From an uncultured Chloroflexia bacterium (GTDB lineage Bacteria > Chloroflexota > Limnocylindria > Limnocylindrales > CSP1-4), in the NCBI GenBank assembly GCA_963763775.1, contig CAVXPZ010000001.1, forward strand, positions 576,451-640,450: a DNA stretch of 64,000 bases. Direction: 5' to 3'. Below are positions 18,882-28,499 of this stretch, one piece after another (the stretch's first letter is position 1; every line of letters starts with the position of its first letter). A model generated the notes under the pieces. The model had not been told where the DNA came from, searched no databases, and saw only the letters and a program-made list of their open reading frames with translations. The position numbers and the translations under genes were made by a program.

Positions 18882-18990
18882 CTCGAACCGTCTCGGGAAC
18901 GAACGACCGCGGCGCCGGTCTGGCGTCGCGCGTTCGACGCGCTACATTGCGCGAACGGCCGCGCCGGCCGGACTCGCGCACGAGGCGACG

Positions 18991-19779
18991 ATGCCCTCTT
19001 CCCAGTTGCTCGACTCGCTCCCGATCCCGCTGGTCTTCGTCGCGTTCGCGCTCTTCACGATGCTCTGCTACGAGATCGGCTTCCGGATCGGCCGCTGGTA
19101 CCAGGAGCGGACGCCCGGCGAGCAGGAGGGCCCGACCGGCATGCTCGTCGGCTCCATCCTCGCGCTCCTGGCGTTCCTGCTCGCGGTCACGATGGGGATG
19201 GCGTCCGACCGCTTCGATGCCCGGCGCGCCACTGTGCTCGCCGAGGCGAACGACATCGGGACGACCTATCTCCGAGCCGGCTACCTGCCCGAGCCGGCCT
19301 CGAGCGAGATCCGCGAGTTGTTGCGTGAGTACGTCCCGATCCGGATCACGGTCACCGACGCCAACGACATCCAGTCGGACATCGACCGCTCGGTCGTGAT
19401 CCAGAACCAGATCTGGGCGATCGCCCAGGAGGTGGCGCGCACCACCGACAAGGGCGACCTGGTGGCGCTCTTCATCGAGTCGCTCAACGACACGATCGAC
19501 ATCCACGAGACCCGGGTGACGGCCGGCCTCTACGCGCGCGTGCCGGAGACGGTCCTGCTGCTGCTCATCGGCGGGTCTGCGCTAAGCCTCGGCATGGTCG
19601 GCTACAGCGCCGGCCTGACGAAGCGCCGCAGCCTGCTCAGCGCCGTCGTGCTCATCCTCGCGCTCGGCGCCGTGATCATGATCGTGATCGACCTCGACCG
19701 GCCGCGCGAGGGCTTCATCCAGGTCAGCCAGCAACCGCTCCTGGACCTTCAGCGCCAGATCGGGCCGCCGTCCAGCTGA
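18991..19779 (+). CDS. DUF4239-like membrane protein
   Basis: Internal ATG 18991 (MPSSQLLDSLPIPLVFVAFALF). It has two N-terminal and two C-terminal TM helices flanking a soluble region. The upstream part of ORF 18694.. is R/P-rich nonsense. Confidence 0.6.
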   Translation: MPSSQLLDSLPIPLVFVAFALFTMLCYEIGFRIGRWYQERTPGEQEGPTGMLVGSILALLAFLLAVTMGMASDRFDARRATVLAEANDIGTTYLRAGYLPEPASSEIRELLREYVPIRITVTDANDIQSDIDRSVVIQNQIWAIAQEVARTTDKGDLVALFIESLNDTIDIHETRVTAGLYARVPETVLLLLIGGSALSLGMVGYSAGLTKRRSLLSAVVLILALGAVIMIVIDLDRPREGFIQVSQQPLLDLQRQIGPPSS

Positions 19780-19809
19780 TCGGCGTCCACAGAAGGAGCT
19801 CCACGTTCG

Positions 19810-20616
19810 TCAGGGCCGGGTCCACACCAGCTCGAAGACCTGGACCGGTCCGAACCCCTTGAGCTCCACGTCCAGCGCCGGTCCGAACGAGAAGCCACGT
19901 TCGATCCCCATGTCCCGGACGAGATCCGCGGTGAGGATGTGACCGGGTTCGGCGGCATCGCAGATCCGGCTCGCGAGGTTGACCGTCGCGCCGAACAGGT
20001 CGTCGTTGTGGTCCACCGGCTCGCCCGCCGCGATCCCGATCCGGACCCGGAGGTCACGATCGGCTCCGCCGGACCGCCGTGCCTCGAATCCGTCCTGGAC
20101 CGCCGAGGCGGCACGGAGGGCGTTCGCCACGTCCTCGAACGAGGCCATGATCCCGTCGCCGGTGTGCTTGACCTCGCGTCCCTGCCACGTCACGAGCGCG
20201 CGCCGGATGATCACGTCGTGCTCGGCCAGCAGGCCCATGAAGGCCACCTCGCCCACGTCCTGGAGCAGGACGGTCGATCCCATGAGGTCCGTGAACAGGA
20301 TCGTCCGGAACGCCCTTGGGGCCCCGGCCGGGTCGACCGGGTCGTTGACCTTGCCCAGGAAGCGCAGGACGTCGTCCTCGGAGACGGCGATGATCTCGTT
20401 CGGGACAAGTCCGTGCCCTTCGCGGTGGACGGCCTGCATGTCGTCCGGCGTCGCGGCCCGCGCGAGACAGAACACTTCGCCGTGATCGGCATCGAACCAG
20501 TACGCCAGGAACGTGACGCCGTGCTTCGACTCGATCTGGATGTCCGTCGAATGCGCCGCGGCGACCTGCTCCGCGGTGACCCCGGGCAGGTCGTGGCGGT
20601 CCATGAACAACGGCAT
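19810..20616 (-). CDS. DUF4242 (SCO4226-like) domain fused to class III adenylate/guanylate cyclase
   Basis: MPLFMDRHDLPGVTAEQVAAAHSTD...YWFDADHGEVFCLARA is the DUF4242 part. FTDLMGST...KHTGDGIMASF...RIGIAAGEPV...FGATVNLASR is the cyclase catalytic domain. Confidence 0.8.
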   Translation of the reverse strand: MPLFMDRHDLPGVTAEQVAAAHSTDIQIESKHGVTFLAYWFDADHGEVFCLARAATPDDMQAVHREGHGLVPNEIIAVSEDDVLRFLGKVNDPVDPAGAPRAFRTILFTDLMGSTVLLQDVGEVAFMGLLAEHDVIIRRALVTWQGREVKHTGDGIMASFEDVANALRAASAVQDGFEARRSGGADRDLRVRIGIAAGEPVDHNDDLFGATVNLASRICDAAEPGHILTADLVRDMGIERGFSFGPALDVELKGFGPVQVFELVWTRP

Positions 20617-20729
20617 CGCGTCCCTCCCAGCTGCAACGTTACCCCGAGGCCGGCTGACCGCGTCGCGGGCTCGCATCCGTGCGCGAGCCGTGCTGTACCC
20701 TCCGGCCAGGCTCGGTGTCGGAGGTTTCC

Positions 20730-22106
20730 ATGACGCTCGCGGACTCGGTCCTCGATCGATTCCGATCATCGTTCAGGGGCGAGATCATCGCTCCGGGCCA
20801 GCCCGACTATGACAGCGCGCGACTCGTCTGGAGCGCGCTCTACGACCGGCGACCGAGGCTGGTCGTTCGGCCGGAGACCGTGGAGGATGTCACTGCGGCC
20901 GTCCGCTACGCCCGCGAGGCGGACCTCCGGATCGCGGTCCGCGGCGGAGGCCACAGCATCACCGGCTTCTCGACCTGCGACGGTGGCATCGTCATCGACC
21001 TGTCGCGGATGCGCGGCGTCTCGGTCGACCCGAGCCGCCGCCTCGCACGCGCGAATGGCGGGGCGCATCTCGGCGAGCTTGACCGCGAGGCCCAGGCGCA
21101 TGGTCTCGTCTGTCCGATCGGGACCGTCGGGCACACCGGCGTCGCCGGCCTGGCGCTCGGCGGGGGCGTCGGCCGGCTCCAGAGGCGGTTCGGATTTACG
21201 GTGGACAACCTGACCGCCGTCGAGCTCGTGACGGCTGACGGGGCGCACGTGCGAGCGAGCGAGACCGACCATCCGGACTTGTTCTGGGCGATGCGGGGGG
21301 CCGGACCCAACTTCGGGGTCGTCACGGCCCTGGAGTTCCGGCTCCATCCGTTCGAGGCCAACCTGACGAGGGGATTCCGCATCTACCGTCCGACCGATGC
21401 GCTCCCGGTGTGGGACGCCTTCCGAGCCGTGCTCGCCGCTGCGCCGCGCGAGCTCGCGCTGAACTTCGTGATCAGCCGCGCAGTGCCGGAGGAGGAGTAT
21501 CCGGCCGATGTCGCGGGCGGGCCGATCGTCCTCGTCGCGTTCGCCCACACCGGCACCGAGGCCGAGGCGGTGGCCGCGCTCGCGCCGCTTGCGTCCGCGG
21601 CCGCCCCCGTCATGGAGGTTCTCGGCGAGAAGCCGTACCTGGAGATCCAGGGGCTCTACGACGACGCCTACGGCTGGGGCCAGCGGTACTACGCCTACGG
21701 GGCCTTCGCCGACGACCTGCGGCCTGCGACGATCCAGGCGCTCGTCGACCACGCCGCCGATGTGATCGGCGACTCCGGGTTCACGGCCGCCGGGCAAGGT
21801 GGCGCGATCGCCGATGTACCCGACTCAGCGACCGCGTTCACGGGTCACGCTGCGAGCCTTCGGACCATCGCCGAGTCCCAGTGGCAGGACCCAGCGGACG
21901 ATGCGGTCGCGATGGACTGGTGTCGCCGCGCCATGGTCATCGCCGCGCCGGACAGTGTCGTCGGACGCTACGTGAACGAGGTCTTCGAGGACGGCACGGA
22001 TCCGGCGACGATCTACGGGCCGGAGAAGCTGGAACGTCTCGTCGGCGTCAAGCGCGCGTGGGACCCCGACAACGTGTTCCGCGGCAATCACAACATCCGC
22101 CCTTAG
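20730..22106 (+). CDS. FAD-binding oxidoreductase (FAD_binding_4 + BBE-like C-terminus)
   Basis: ATG 20730 has GGAGG 6 nt upstream. Motifs seen: RPRLVVRPETVEDVTAAVRYARE, AVRGGGHS, WAMRGAGPNFGVVT, and C-terminal KRAWDPDNVFRGNHNIRP. Confidence 0.8.
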   Translation: MTLADSVLDRFRSSFRGEIIAPGQPDYDSARLVWSALYDRRPRLVVRPETVEDVTAAVRYAREADLRIAVRGGGHSITGFSTCDGGIVIDLSRMRGVSVDPSRRLARANGGAHLGELDREAQAHGLVCPIGTVGHTGVAGLALGGGVGRLQRRFGFTVDNLTAVELVTADGAHVRASETDHPDLFWAMRGAGPNFGVVTALEFRLHPFEANLTRGFRIYRPTDALPVWDAFRAVLAAAPRELALNFVISRAVPEEEYPADVAGGPIVLVAFAHTGTEAEAVAALAPLASAAAPVMEVLGEKPYLEIQGLYDDAYGWGQRYYAYGAFADDLRPATIQALVDHAADVIGDSGFTAAGQGGAIADVPDSATAFTGHAASLRTIAESQWQDPADDAVAMDWCRRAMVIAAPDSVVGRYVNEVFEDGTDPATIYGPEKLERLVGVKRAWDPDNVFRGNHNIRP

Positions 22107-22126
22107 AGGAGGCGAAGCGGTCGACC

Positions 22127-22147
22127 CGCTCGCGTCGTTCGCGAGCG
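22127..22147. terminator. 8-bp GC hairpin between convergent genes
   Basis: cgctcgcg-tcgtt-cgcgagcg sits in the 55-bp gap between the BBE-like gene (stop 22106) and the SagB-like gene (stop 22162). There is no U-tract. Confidence 0.3.
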
Positions 22148-22161
22148 CCTGACGGCGGCGG

Positions 22162-23595
22162 TCAGGGTTCGCTCACGTCGGCCGGGACGCGCGGCGTGCC
22201 GGCACGCTTCGTGCGGTGGTGCGGAACCCCGACGCACGTGAACAGCAGCGCTGCCAGCGGCTCGCCAAGGAGCGCGGGGATCTCGGAATCGAGGAACGTC
22301 ATCCCGGATGCGCCGATGCCGAGCGCGTACGCGGCCAGATGCAGGCGGCCCTCCACGATGCCGGCATCGAGCTGGGCCTCGCGGTACCCGCGGTCGTCGA
22401 GGCGATCCAGGAGGACCGCCCCGATGACGACGAACGAGGCATCACGTCCCAGGTCCTGCCCGTAGCAGGCGACCCACAACTCGTCCCGGAGCGAACCCCG
22501 TCGCACCGGACGCTCGAGGTCAGGCCAGCGGTAGAGTCCGGGCGCGAGCCCCTCGACGGCATGGACGGCGATGAAGTGCGGTAGCCGGGTGCCTCGGAGT
22601 GACACAGCGAGCGAGCGCTCGAACGTGCGCCGATCGACCTCGGCTGTCGCGTCGAGCGTCCGCGCCGAGCCGCGACGCAGGATGACCGTGTCGAGGTCGT
22701 CGGTCGCCGGCAGGTCGCCCTCGACCGCCGGCACTGTCGGCCACGGCTCGCCGAGCCGCTCCATGTCGCCGGCGTGCTGGGCGAGCGTCACCAGCGGGAA
22801 CTCGACCGGTGCCATGTCGATGGCGCCGGTCGCCGCCTCGCCGCGGCGGCCGATCGCAGGCGCGCCGCCGCCCAGGGTGACGATGGCGAGTGGGAACTCC
22901 TGCGTCCCGTCGGCACCGACGAGCCGTGCGACGGCCGCGTCGGGGAATCGGGTCAGGAGCCCGGGCCGATAGCCACCCGCTTCGGCGAGCGCGAGCGTGT
23001 TCGCGAGCATCGTGCCCGCGTCCCAGTAGATGTGCCGGTACCCGCGCTCCGCGTACCGCCACCCCGTCCGCCACGGGATGCCCGTCACCACGATGGCCGT
23101 TGCGTCGCCAGTCGGCGCAGGGCCGACCCGGCGGAGCGAGTGCGCCACGGGGTCGTACCAATAGACGCCATCGGGAAGGCCGGAAACGCCGCGTGCGGCC
23201 ACGTAGAGCTCGAGGGGGAACAACCCTCCGGCCGACCCAGCAGGACGGAACAGGAACCGCCGGCCGTCCCGGCGGACGGCGACCCGCACGACGCCGGCCG
23301 AGAGGTGGAGGAGGCGCGCGAGCCCTTCCAGGTCGAGTTCCCTGGCTGCCGGCGTGTGGCGTCCAGCGAGGAGGTCGAGCGTCGGAGCGTGCACGGGCGG
23401 CCAGGCCGCGGGAAGCTCGACGGTTGGAAGGCTGTCGGGATAGGCCTTGTGATGGGCCGGGAACGTCGGGCGGTGGTTGGGGACGAAGTCCTGGCGTACC
23501 AGCGGGTGGTCGATCGGCGTCGGCCACTCTTCGTCGGGTGCGCCCGAGTAGGAGCTCAGGCGGTGGTAGAGCCGCGCGGTGTCGCCGGGAGCCAT
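22162..23595 (-). CDS. SagB/ThcOx-type nitroreductase-fold dehydrogenase, two tandem domains
   Basis: ATG 23595 (MAPGDTARLYHRLSSYS...). It has FRPAGSAGGLFPLELY and a second half with DAGIVEGRLHLAAYALGIGASGMTF. The upstream part of ORF 22162..23961 is nonsense. Confidence 0.7.
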   Translation of the reverse strand: MAPGDTARLYHRLSSYSGAPDEEWPTPIDHPLVRQDFVPNHRPTFPAHHKAYPDSLPTVELPAAWPPVHAPTLDLLAGRHTPAARELDLEGLARLLHLSAGVVRVAVRRDGRRFLFRPAGSAGGLFPLELYVAARGVSGLPDGVYWYDPVAHSLRRVGPAPTGDATAIVVTGIPWRTGWRYAERGYRHIYWDAGTMLANTLALAEAGGYRPGLLTRFPDAAVARLVGADGTQEFPLAIVTLGGGAPAIGRRGEAATGAIDMAPVEFPLVTLAQHAGDMERLGEPWPTVPAVEGDLPATDDLDTVILRRGSARTLDATAEVDRRTFERSLAVSLRGTRLPHFIAVHAVEGLAPGLYRWPDLERPVRRGSLRDELWVACYGQDLGRDASFVVIGAVLLDRLDDRGYREAQLDAGIVEGRLHLAAYALGIGASGMTFLDSEIPALLGEPLAALLFTCVGVPHHRTKRAGTPRVPADVSEP

Positions 23596-23621
23596 GCTGC
23601 GGAGCGGCGACGGCCCTTCGG

Positions 23622-24062
23622 TCACCCCATCCGCTCGACCCACGCGGCGCGCCACGCGGGGGCATCGAATGGCGGGGCGAAATACCACGTCTCGCGATAC
23701 ACCTTGCCGCCTCGGAGCTGGATCAGCCCGGAGAGGAACCAGGTCGAGCCATCGGGGTAGACGCTCGTCCCATCGAAGAACCAGAAGTCGCCGCTCCCGA
23801 CGACGCGGTGGATCGTGTTCAAGGGTGTCGCGATCCATTGGTCCTCGCTTCCGACGACACGGACCGACAAGTCGCTCGGCCGCCCGCCTGGCCAGTTCTC
23901 CATGATCGCCCGGTCGTTCGCGCTGCCGCGAACCCGCTCGCCCGACTGGGGCCACTCGCACGACCAGTCCGGGTCGCGCAAGGCGTCGGCCGAGTCGTAG
24001 TCATGCGCGGCCCGCGCCTCGATGTAGCGACGGACGATCTCCTCGTTGGACGGGTTCGCCAC
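23622..24062 (-). CDS. SnoaL-like / NTF2-fold protein
   Basis: 146 aa. The N-terminal NEEIVRRYIEARAAHDYDSADAL is the usual SnoaL_2 opening. It lies 26 nt upstream of the SagB-like gene. Confidence 0.6.
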   Translation of the reverse strand: MANPSNEEIVRRYIEARAAHDYDSADALRDPDWSCEWPQSGERVRGSANDRAIMENWPGGRPSDLSVRVVGSEDQWIATPLNTIHRVVGSGDFWFFDGTSVYPDGSTWFLSGLIQLRGGKVYRETWYFAPPFDAPAWRAAWVERMG

Positions 24063-24193
24063 GCTCTCTCCTCTGATGCACTGGCGCCCCCGGACGGTGC
24101 CCGGGGAACGGCGGTCACATGCGGACCCGCTTGGCTAGTACGCCGGGGCGGCATGAGCATCCATGTCCGGTGTCGTACCGGCCCCGTCGGACG

Positions 24194-25348
24194 CTAAGGA
24201 CGAAGGTCCGCCAGATCGAACTTCAGGACGCGGTGGCCCTGCTCATCCGGGATCCAGATGGCGGTCGAAGTCATGACCGGAATGTCAGCGTCAAGCGGAC
24301 CGAGGTCCCAAACCGCGGTCGTGTGCCCAGTGGCCGCATCGACGGCGACCAAGCTTGAATCGATCGTCCCGTCGTCCTGCTGGTGGGGCAGGATGAACCA
24401 GAGCGCGTCATCCCCCACGAGCACTGCGCTGAAGCCAGGGACGTTCAGGGAGCTCTTGACAGTCTTGGTGTTCGGATCGATCTCCACGACCGTTGCGCCC
24501 CCGGGGCCGTCGGCCCCCTGGAACACTGAACAGCCGCTCCAGATGTCACCGGTGGCCGACTCGCCAAATGGGCAGCCACTTCCCCCGGGGACCGCGATCG
24601 TGGCGAGGGGCGCGCCGGTCGCCGGATCGACACGCATCACCTGAGTGCCGTCTGAACTGCCACCCCAGAACGCGCCTTTGCTAGTCGCCCACCCCGCCGG
24701 GATCTTCGCCCCCAGCGTTCCCGTCGCCCGATCTACGGGGTAGAAGCCCCCCGCCTTCAGGCCCACATACATGTCCTTACCGACGACGATGAAGTCGCGA
24801 GGCCCTTGGACGGATGCTTTCAGCTCGACGCTGCCCGTGGTGGGGTCGACGCGCTCGATCAGGCTCTGGCTGTCGCTGGCGAGCCACAGCCCGTCGGCGG
24901 CCACGGCAATGTGTCCGTTCCCTGTGTGCATGTCCGGCACGGTGATCCGCGTCCGGGCATCCGTCTGCCCATTCACGTGGAGGATCGCGCCATCGACGCC
25001 GATCCAAACGCCCTTGCCGTCCGCGACGACCGGTATGGCGCTGCTCGCGTCTGGGAGATCGATCACCGCAGAGGGGGCCAAGGGCGCCGCGGAAGGGAGC
25101 ACCGAGGTCGGGGTGGGCGGCGCGGACGCCGCGACAGAGGTCGCCACTGGCGTAGCGGAAGCGAGCGCCGAGATCGCGGTGGGGAGCGCGGAGGTCGCGG
25201 GGCTCGGGGAAAGGGAGGTGCAGCCGATCACGAGGGTGGCAGCCCCGAGCACGAGAACGGCAGTGGTGGAACGAACACGGACACGCGCAGATGCGGGTTC
25301 GCCACGCGCGGCATGCAGCCGTGCGTTCGAAGATCGAGACATGAGCAC
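24194..25348 (-). CDS. secreted lipoprotein with beta-propeller-like repeats, unknown function
   Basis: Lipobox LVIGC, then a P/S/A/T linker, then repeated VDPxTG / VDAATG blades. G+C is visibly lower (hand counts 39/60 at 24301-24360 and 35/60 at 24421-24480). Confidence 0.6.
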   Translation of the reverse strand: MLMSRSSNARLHAARGEPASARVRVRSTTAVLVLGAATLVIGCTSLSPSPATSALPTAISALASATPVATSVAASAPPTPTSVLPSAAPLAPSAVIDLPDASSAIPVVADGKGVWIGVDGAILHVNGQTDARTRITVPDMHTGNGHIAVAADGLWLASDSQSLIERVDPTTGSVELKASVQGPRDFIVVGKDMYVGLKAGGFYPVDRATGTLGAKIPAGWATSKGAFWGGSSDGTQVMRVDPATGAPLATIAVPGGSGCPFGESATGDIWSGCSVFQGADGPGGATVVEIDPNTKTVKSSLNVPGFSAVLVGDDALWFILPHQQDDGTIDSSLVAVDAATGHTTAVWDLGPLDADIPVMTSTAIWIPDEQGHRVLKFDLADLRP

Positions 25349-26070
25349 GCCCTCTCACAGAGGCAGAGGAGCGGGCGATCGCAGGTCAAGGCCGCGAATC
25401 AGGGCCGACACATGCCACGTATGCGATCCAACCGTGCGTGCCGGCACCGGGTTTGTCAATTGTCAGACTGCTGTCACCGTGGCGCCCCCGGACGGACTCG
25501 GGCCTCCAGCAGCAACGCGGCATCCTGGACTGGTATCTCGAGGTCGGGTAACGACGCTCGCCACCCTCCAGCGGTCACATGCGGACTCGCTGGCGTCGTA
25601 CCCGGCCGTCGCATGGGGCCCAGCCCGTCGTGGTGGCGGATCGAGGGCGACTCGGCCGTGGATCCAATCGGACGCCACTTAGATCGATCCGGCCTCGGGC
25701 CGTTCGCCCCGCGCCGTCCGGCTGGAGAGCCGGTCCCCGGCGGGCGGCTACATCGAGGGAAGCATCCTGTACATCGTCGAGCGACGTGGTAGCCGACCGG
25801 TCGTCGTCCATCTAGCCTGGGACAGCGTCCCGGACCTCGGAGACGTGGAGGAGGCGATCCTTTCGATCGCTCAACCCAGACGGTTCCGGGCCTGCCGTGC
25901 TGGTCTCCTATCCCGGTGACTCATGGGCGTCGGTGATCAAGACCGGTACGGGATGTAGCGCCGCTTGGTGACAGCCGGCCCGAGCCCAGCACGACCATGA
26001 CGAGGTCCGCGCGCTAACCACGACTGCGGGGCGCTCAAGCAGACGGGAACCGCGGCCAGCGACGACCGCA

Positions 26071-28276
26071 TCAGACGGACGGGTCGTTCCGTAGAGCCGC
26101 CCACACCCGCCCCGAGGTCATCGGGAGCTCCCGGAGGCGCACGCCCATGGCTGCTGCGATCGCATTGGCGATGGCCGCCGGCGCTGGCAAGACCGGAGCC
26201 TCGGCCATGCCGCGCGCGCCGAACGGGCCCTCCGGCGCCGGGATCTCCAGCCAATGGGTCTCGATGGGCGGGAGCATCGACGCCCGCGGCAGCGCGTAGT
26301 CCATCAGCGTCCCGGTGAGGAGCTGACCGGCGTCGTCGTGCACCAACGCCTCGACCAGCGCCCGGCCGATGCCCTGGACGGCGCCGCCGACCATCTGGCC
26401 CTCGACAAGCGCCGGGTTGAGCGCGCGGCCGACGTCTTGCACGGCAACGTAGTTCAGCAGCGTGACCCTGCCGGTCTCCGAGTCCACGCGGACATGGACG
26501 AGGTGCGCAGTCGCGGTGGGGGCCTGCTCGGTGTGAGAGGTGGCGCCGTGGCCCTCGACCGGCGGATGCGGCGACGCCCAGGTCGTCGCCAGTTCGTGCG
26601 CCAGATCCGCCACGACGATCCCCAGACGACGAGCCATCGCGTGGCCGGATCACCCCATCGACGAGCTCCAGGTCGTGCGGGTCGATCTCCAGCTCCTCAG
26701 CGGCGATCGCTAGCAGCCGGTCCCGGGCATCCTTGGCGGCCGCACGGACGGCGGGCCCGACCGCGTAGGTGATCGCGCTCGCGCTCGTGGCGGGCGTGGG
26801 CGGCGCGCTGTCGGTGGACGGGACCACGACGCGCACCGCCTCGAACGGGACGCCGAACTCCTCCGCGGCGATGGCGCCGAGGATCGTCAGGCTGCCGGCG
26901 AGGTCGACGACGCCAGTGACGACCGTGAGCGTGCCGTCGGGCTCGAGCCGGCACGTCGCCGCCGCCGGCTGCATCGAATTGCGCCACACGCCGACCGCCA
27001 CGCCGACGCCCTCGCCTGAAGGGAGCGCGTCGCGCTCCACCCACAGCGGGTGGGCTCGGACCGCCTCGAGGCACTCGGCGAGACCGATCCGGGGCCATCG
27101 GTCCCCCCCGATCATCGGGTCGCCCTCCGCGACGAGGTTGCGCAGACGAAGCTCGATCGGATCGATGCCGAGCGTCGCCGCAAGCTCGTCGATCAGCGAC
27201 TCGAGGGCGAACAGGCCCTGCGGCCCGGAGGGGGCCCGATAATGGCCGGACCCGAATCTGTTCGTCCGGACGCCCGCCGAGCGCACGTCGATCCCAGGCC
27301 AGCGGTACGGGCCCGAGATCAGGGCAGCGGCGAACCATTCCCACGAGGCGTCGGGAAATGCTCCCGCGTCGTAGACCATGTCGGCCTGGAGGCCGGCGAG
27401 CCGGCCGTCGCGTTCGGCGCCGATGCGCAGCCGGGTCGTCACCGCCTGAGCCGGGTTCGTCGCCGCCATGTCCTCGCGACGGGTGAGCACCAGGCGGACG
27501 GGCCGGTGGAGACGCAGCGCCGCGCCCGCCACCAGTGGCTCGATCAGCACCTCCTTGGAGCCGAACGCGCCGCCGATCGGCGGCGCCGTGACGCGGACCC
27601 GGCTCGGCGGGAGGTCGAACAGCGTCGCGAGCGTGTCGCGGGCGTCGAACAGGCCCTGCGTGCTCGATGCGACCACGAGGGTGCCGTCGTCATCGATCCA
27701 CGCCGTCGCAGCGTGCGGCTCGATGTAGCCCTGGTGGACCCACGGGGCGACGAAGCGGCCGTGGACCACCACGTCTGCGGTGGCGAGCGCAGCGGCGGCG
27801 TCGCCGTCGGCGACGTGGTACCGCTGGAGTACCTGGTCGGCGCCGGCATCGGCGGCGGCCTCCGCGTCGAGGACAGGCTCGAGCGGCTCGGCATCGACGA
27901 GGACGGCCTCGGCGCCATCCGTCGCCGCGGCTTCCGTGCGTGCGACGACCAGGGCGACCGGCTGGCCCGCGAACACGGCGACGTCCCGTGCCAGCGGCAC
28001 GGCGCGCCGCCCATCGCTAACCGCGACGACGCGGAAGTCGTTCGCTGTGAGGACCGCGACGACGCCGGGCACGGCGAGGGCGGCGGAGGCGTCGATGGAT
28101 CGGATCCGCGCGTGCGCGTACACGGACGGCACGATCCGCGCGTGGAGGAGCCCAGCGGGCGCCGTCTGGTCTGCGGCGAAGCGGGCGGTGCCCGTGACCT
28201 TGGCGAGCGAGTCGGCGCGAGGTCGAGAGACCCCGATGACGCGGTAGGCTGCGCCATCCCCGCGACCGTCTGCCAT
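26071..28276 (-). pseudogene. xanthine dehydrogenase/aldehyde oxidase family molybdopterin-binding large subunit, frame-broken as assembled near 26625-26650
   Basis: ATG 28276 (MADGRGDGAAYRVIGVSRPRADSLAKVTGTARFAAD). It has GGAFGSK and YRAPSGPQG. After ...ELVDGVIRP the frame becomes nonsense. ORF 26071..26637 carries the missing C-terminus (VQDVGRALNPALVEGQMVGGAVQGIG...GARGMAEAPV). Confidence 0.85.
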
Positions 28277-28499
28277 CTGCGCATTGTGCGCGTTGCCGGG
28301 CCCGTGGCGCCGCCGGACGGTCCTGAGAGGACGACGCGCGTCGCGACCCGCTCGCGTGGTACGCGGCGCGACCTGCCTGACCGCCGCCAGACGTCTGGCC
28401 ATCATCCCGCTGACTCACCCGAAAGCCCAACGCCCGGTATCTACCATGTGAGGCCGGATCCAGGGCGGATCGGGCCGTCCGATCAAACGGGAGGCTAGG

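Noticed and set aside
22162-23595. Thiazole/oxazole RiPP (TOMM) cluster inferred from the SagB-type dehydrogenase
   Set aside because: There is no YcaO or cyclodehydratase, no precursor-like short ORF, and no transporter or protease set nearby.
25683-25916. Calling the open 78-codon stretch in the non-coding gap a gene
   Set aside because: It has no start codon in its first two thirds, no SD sequence, only moderate GC3 and no recognisable motif. It is reported only as a possible remnant.
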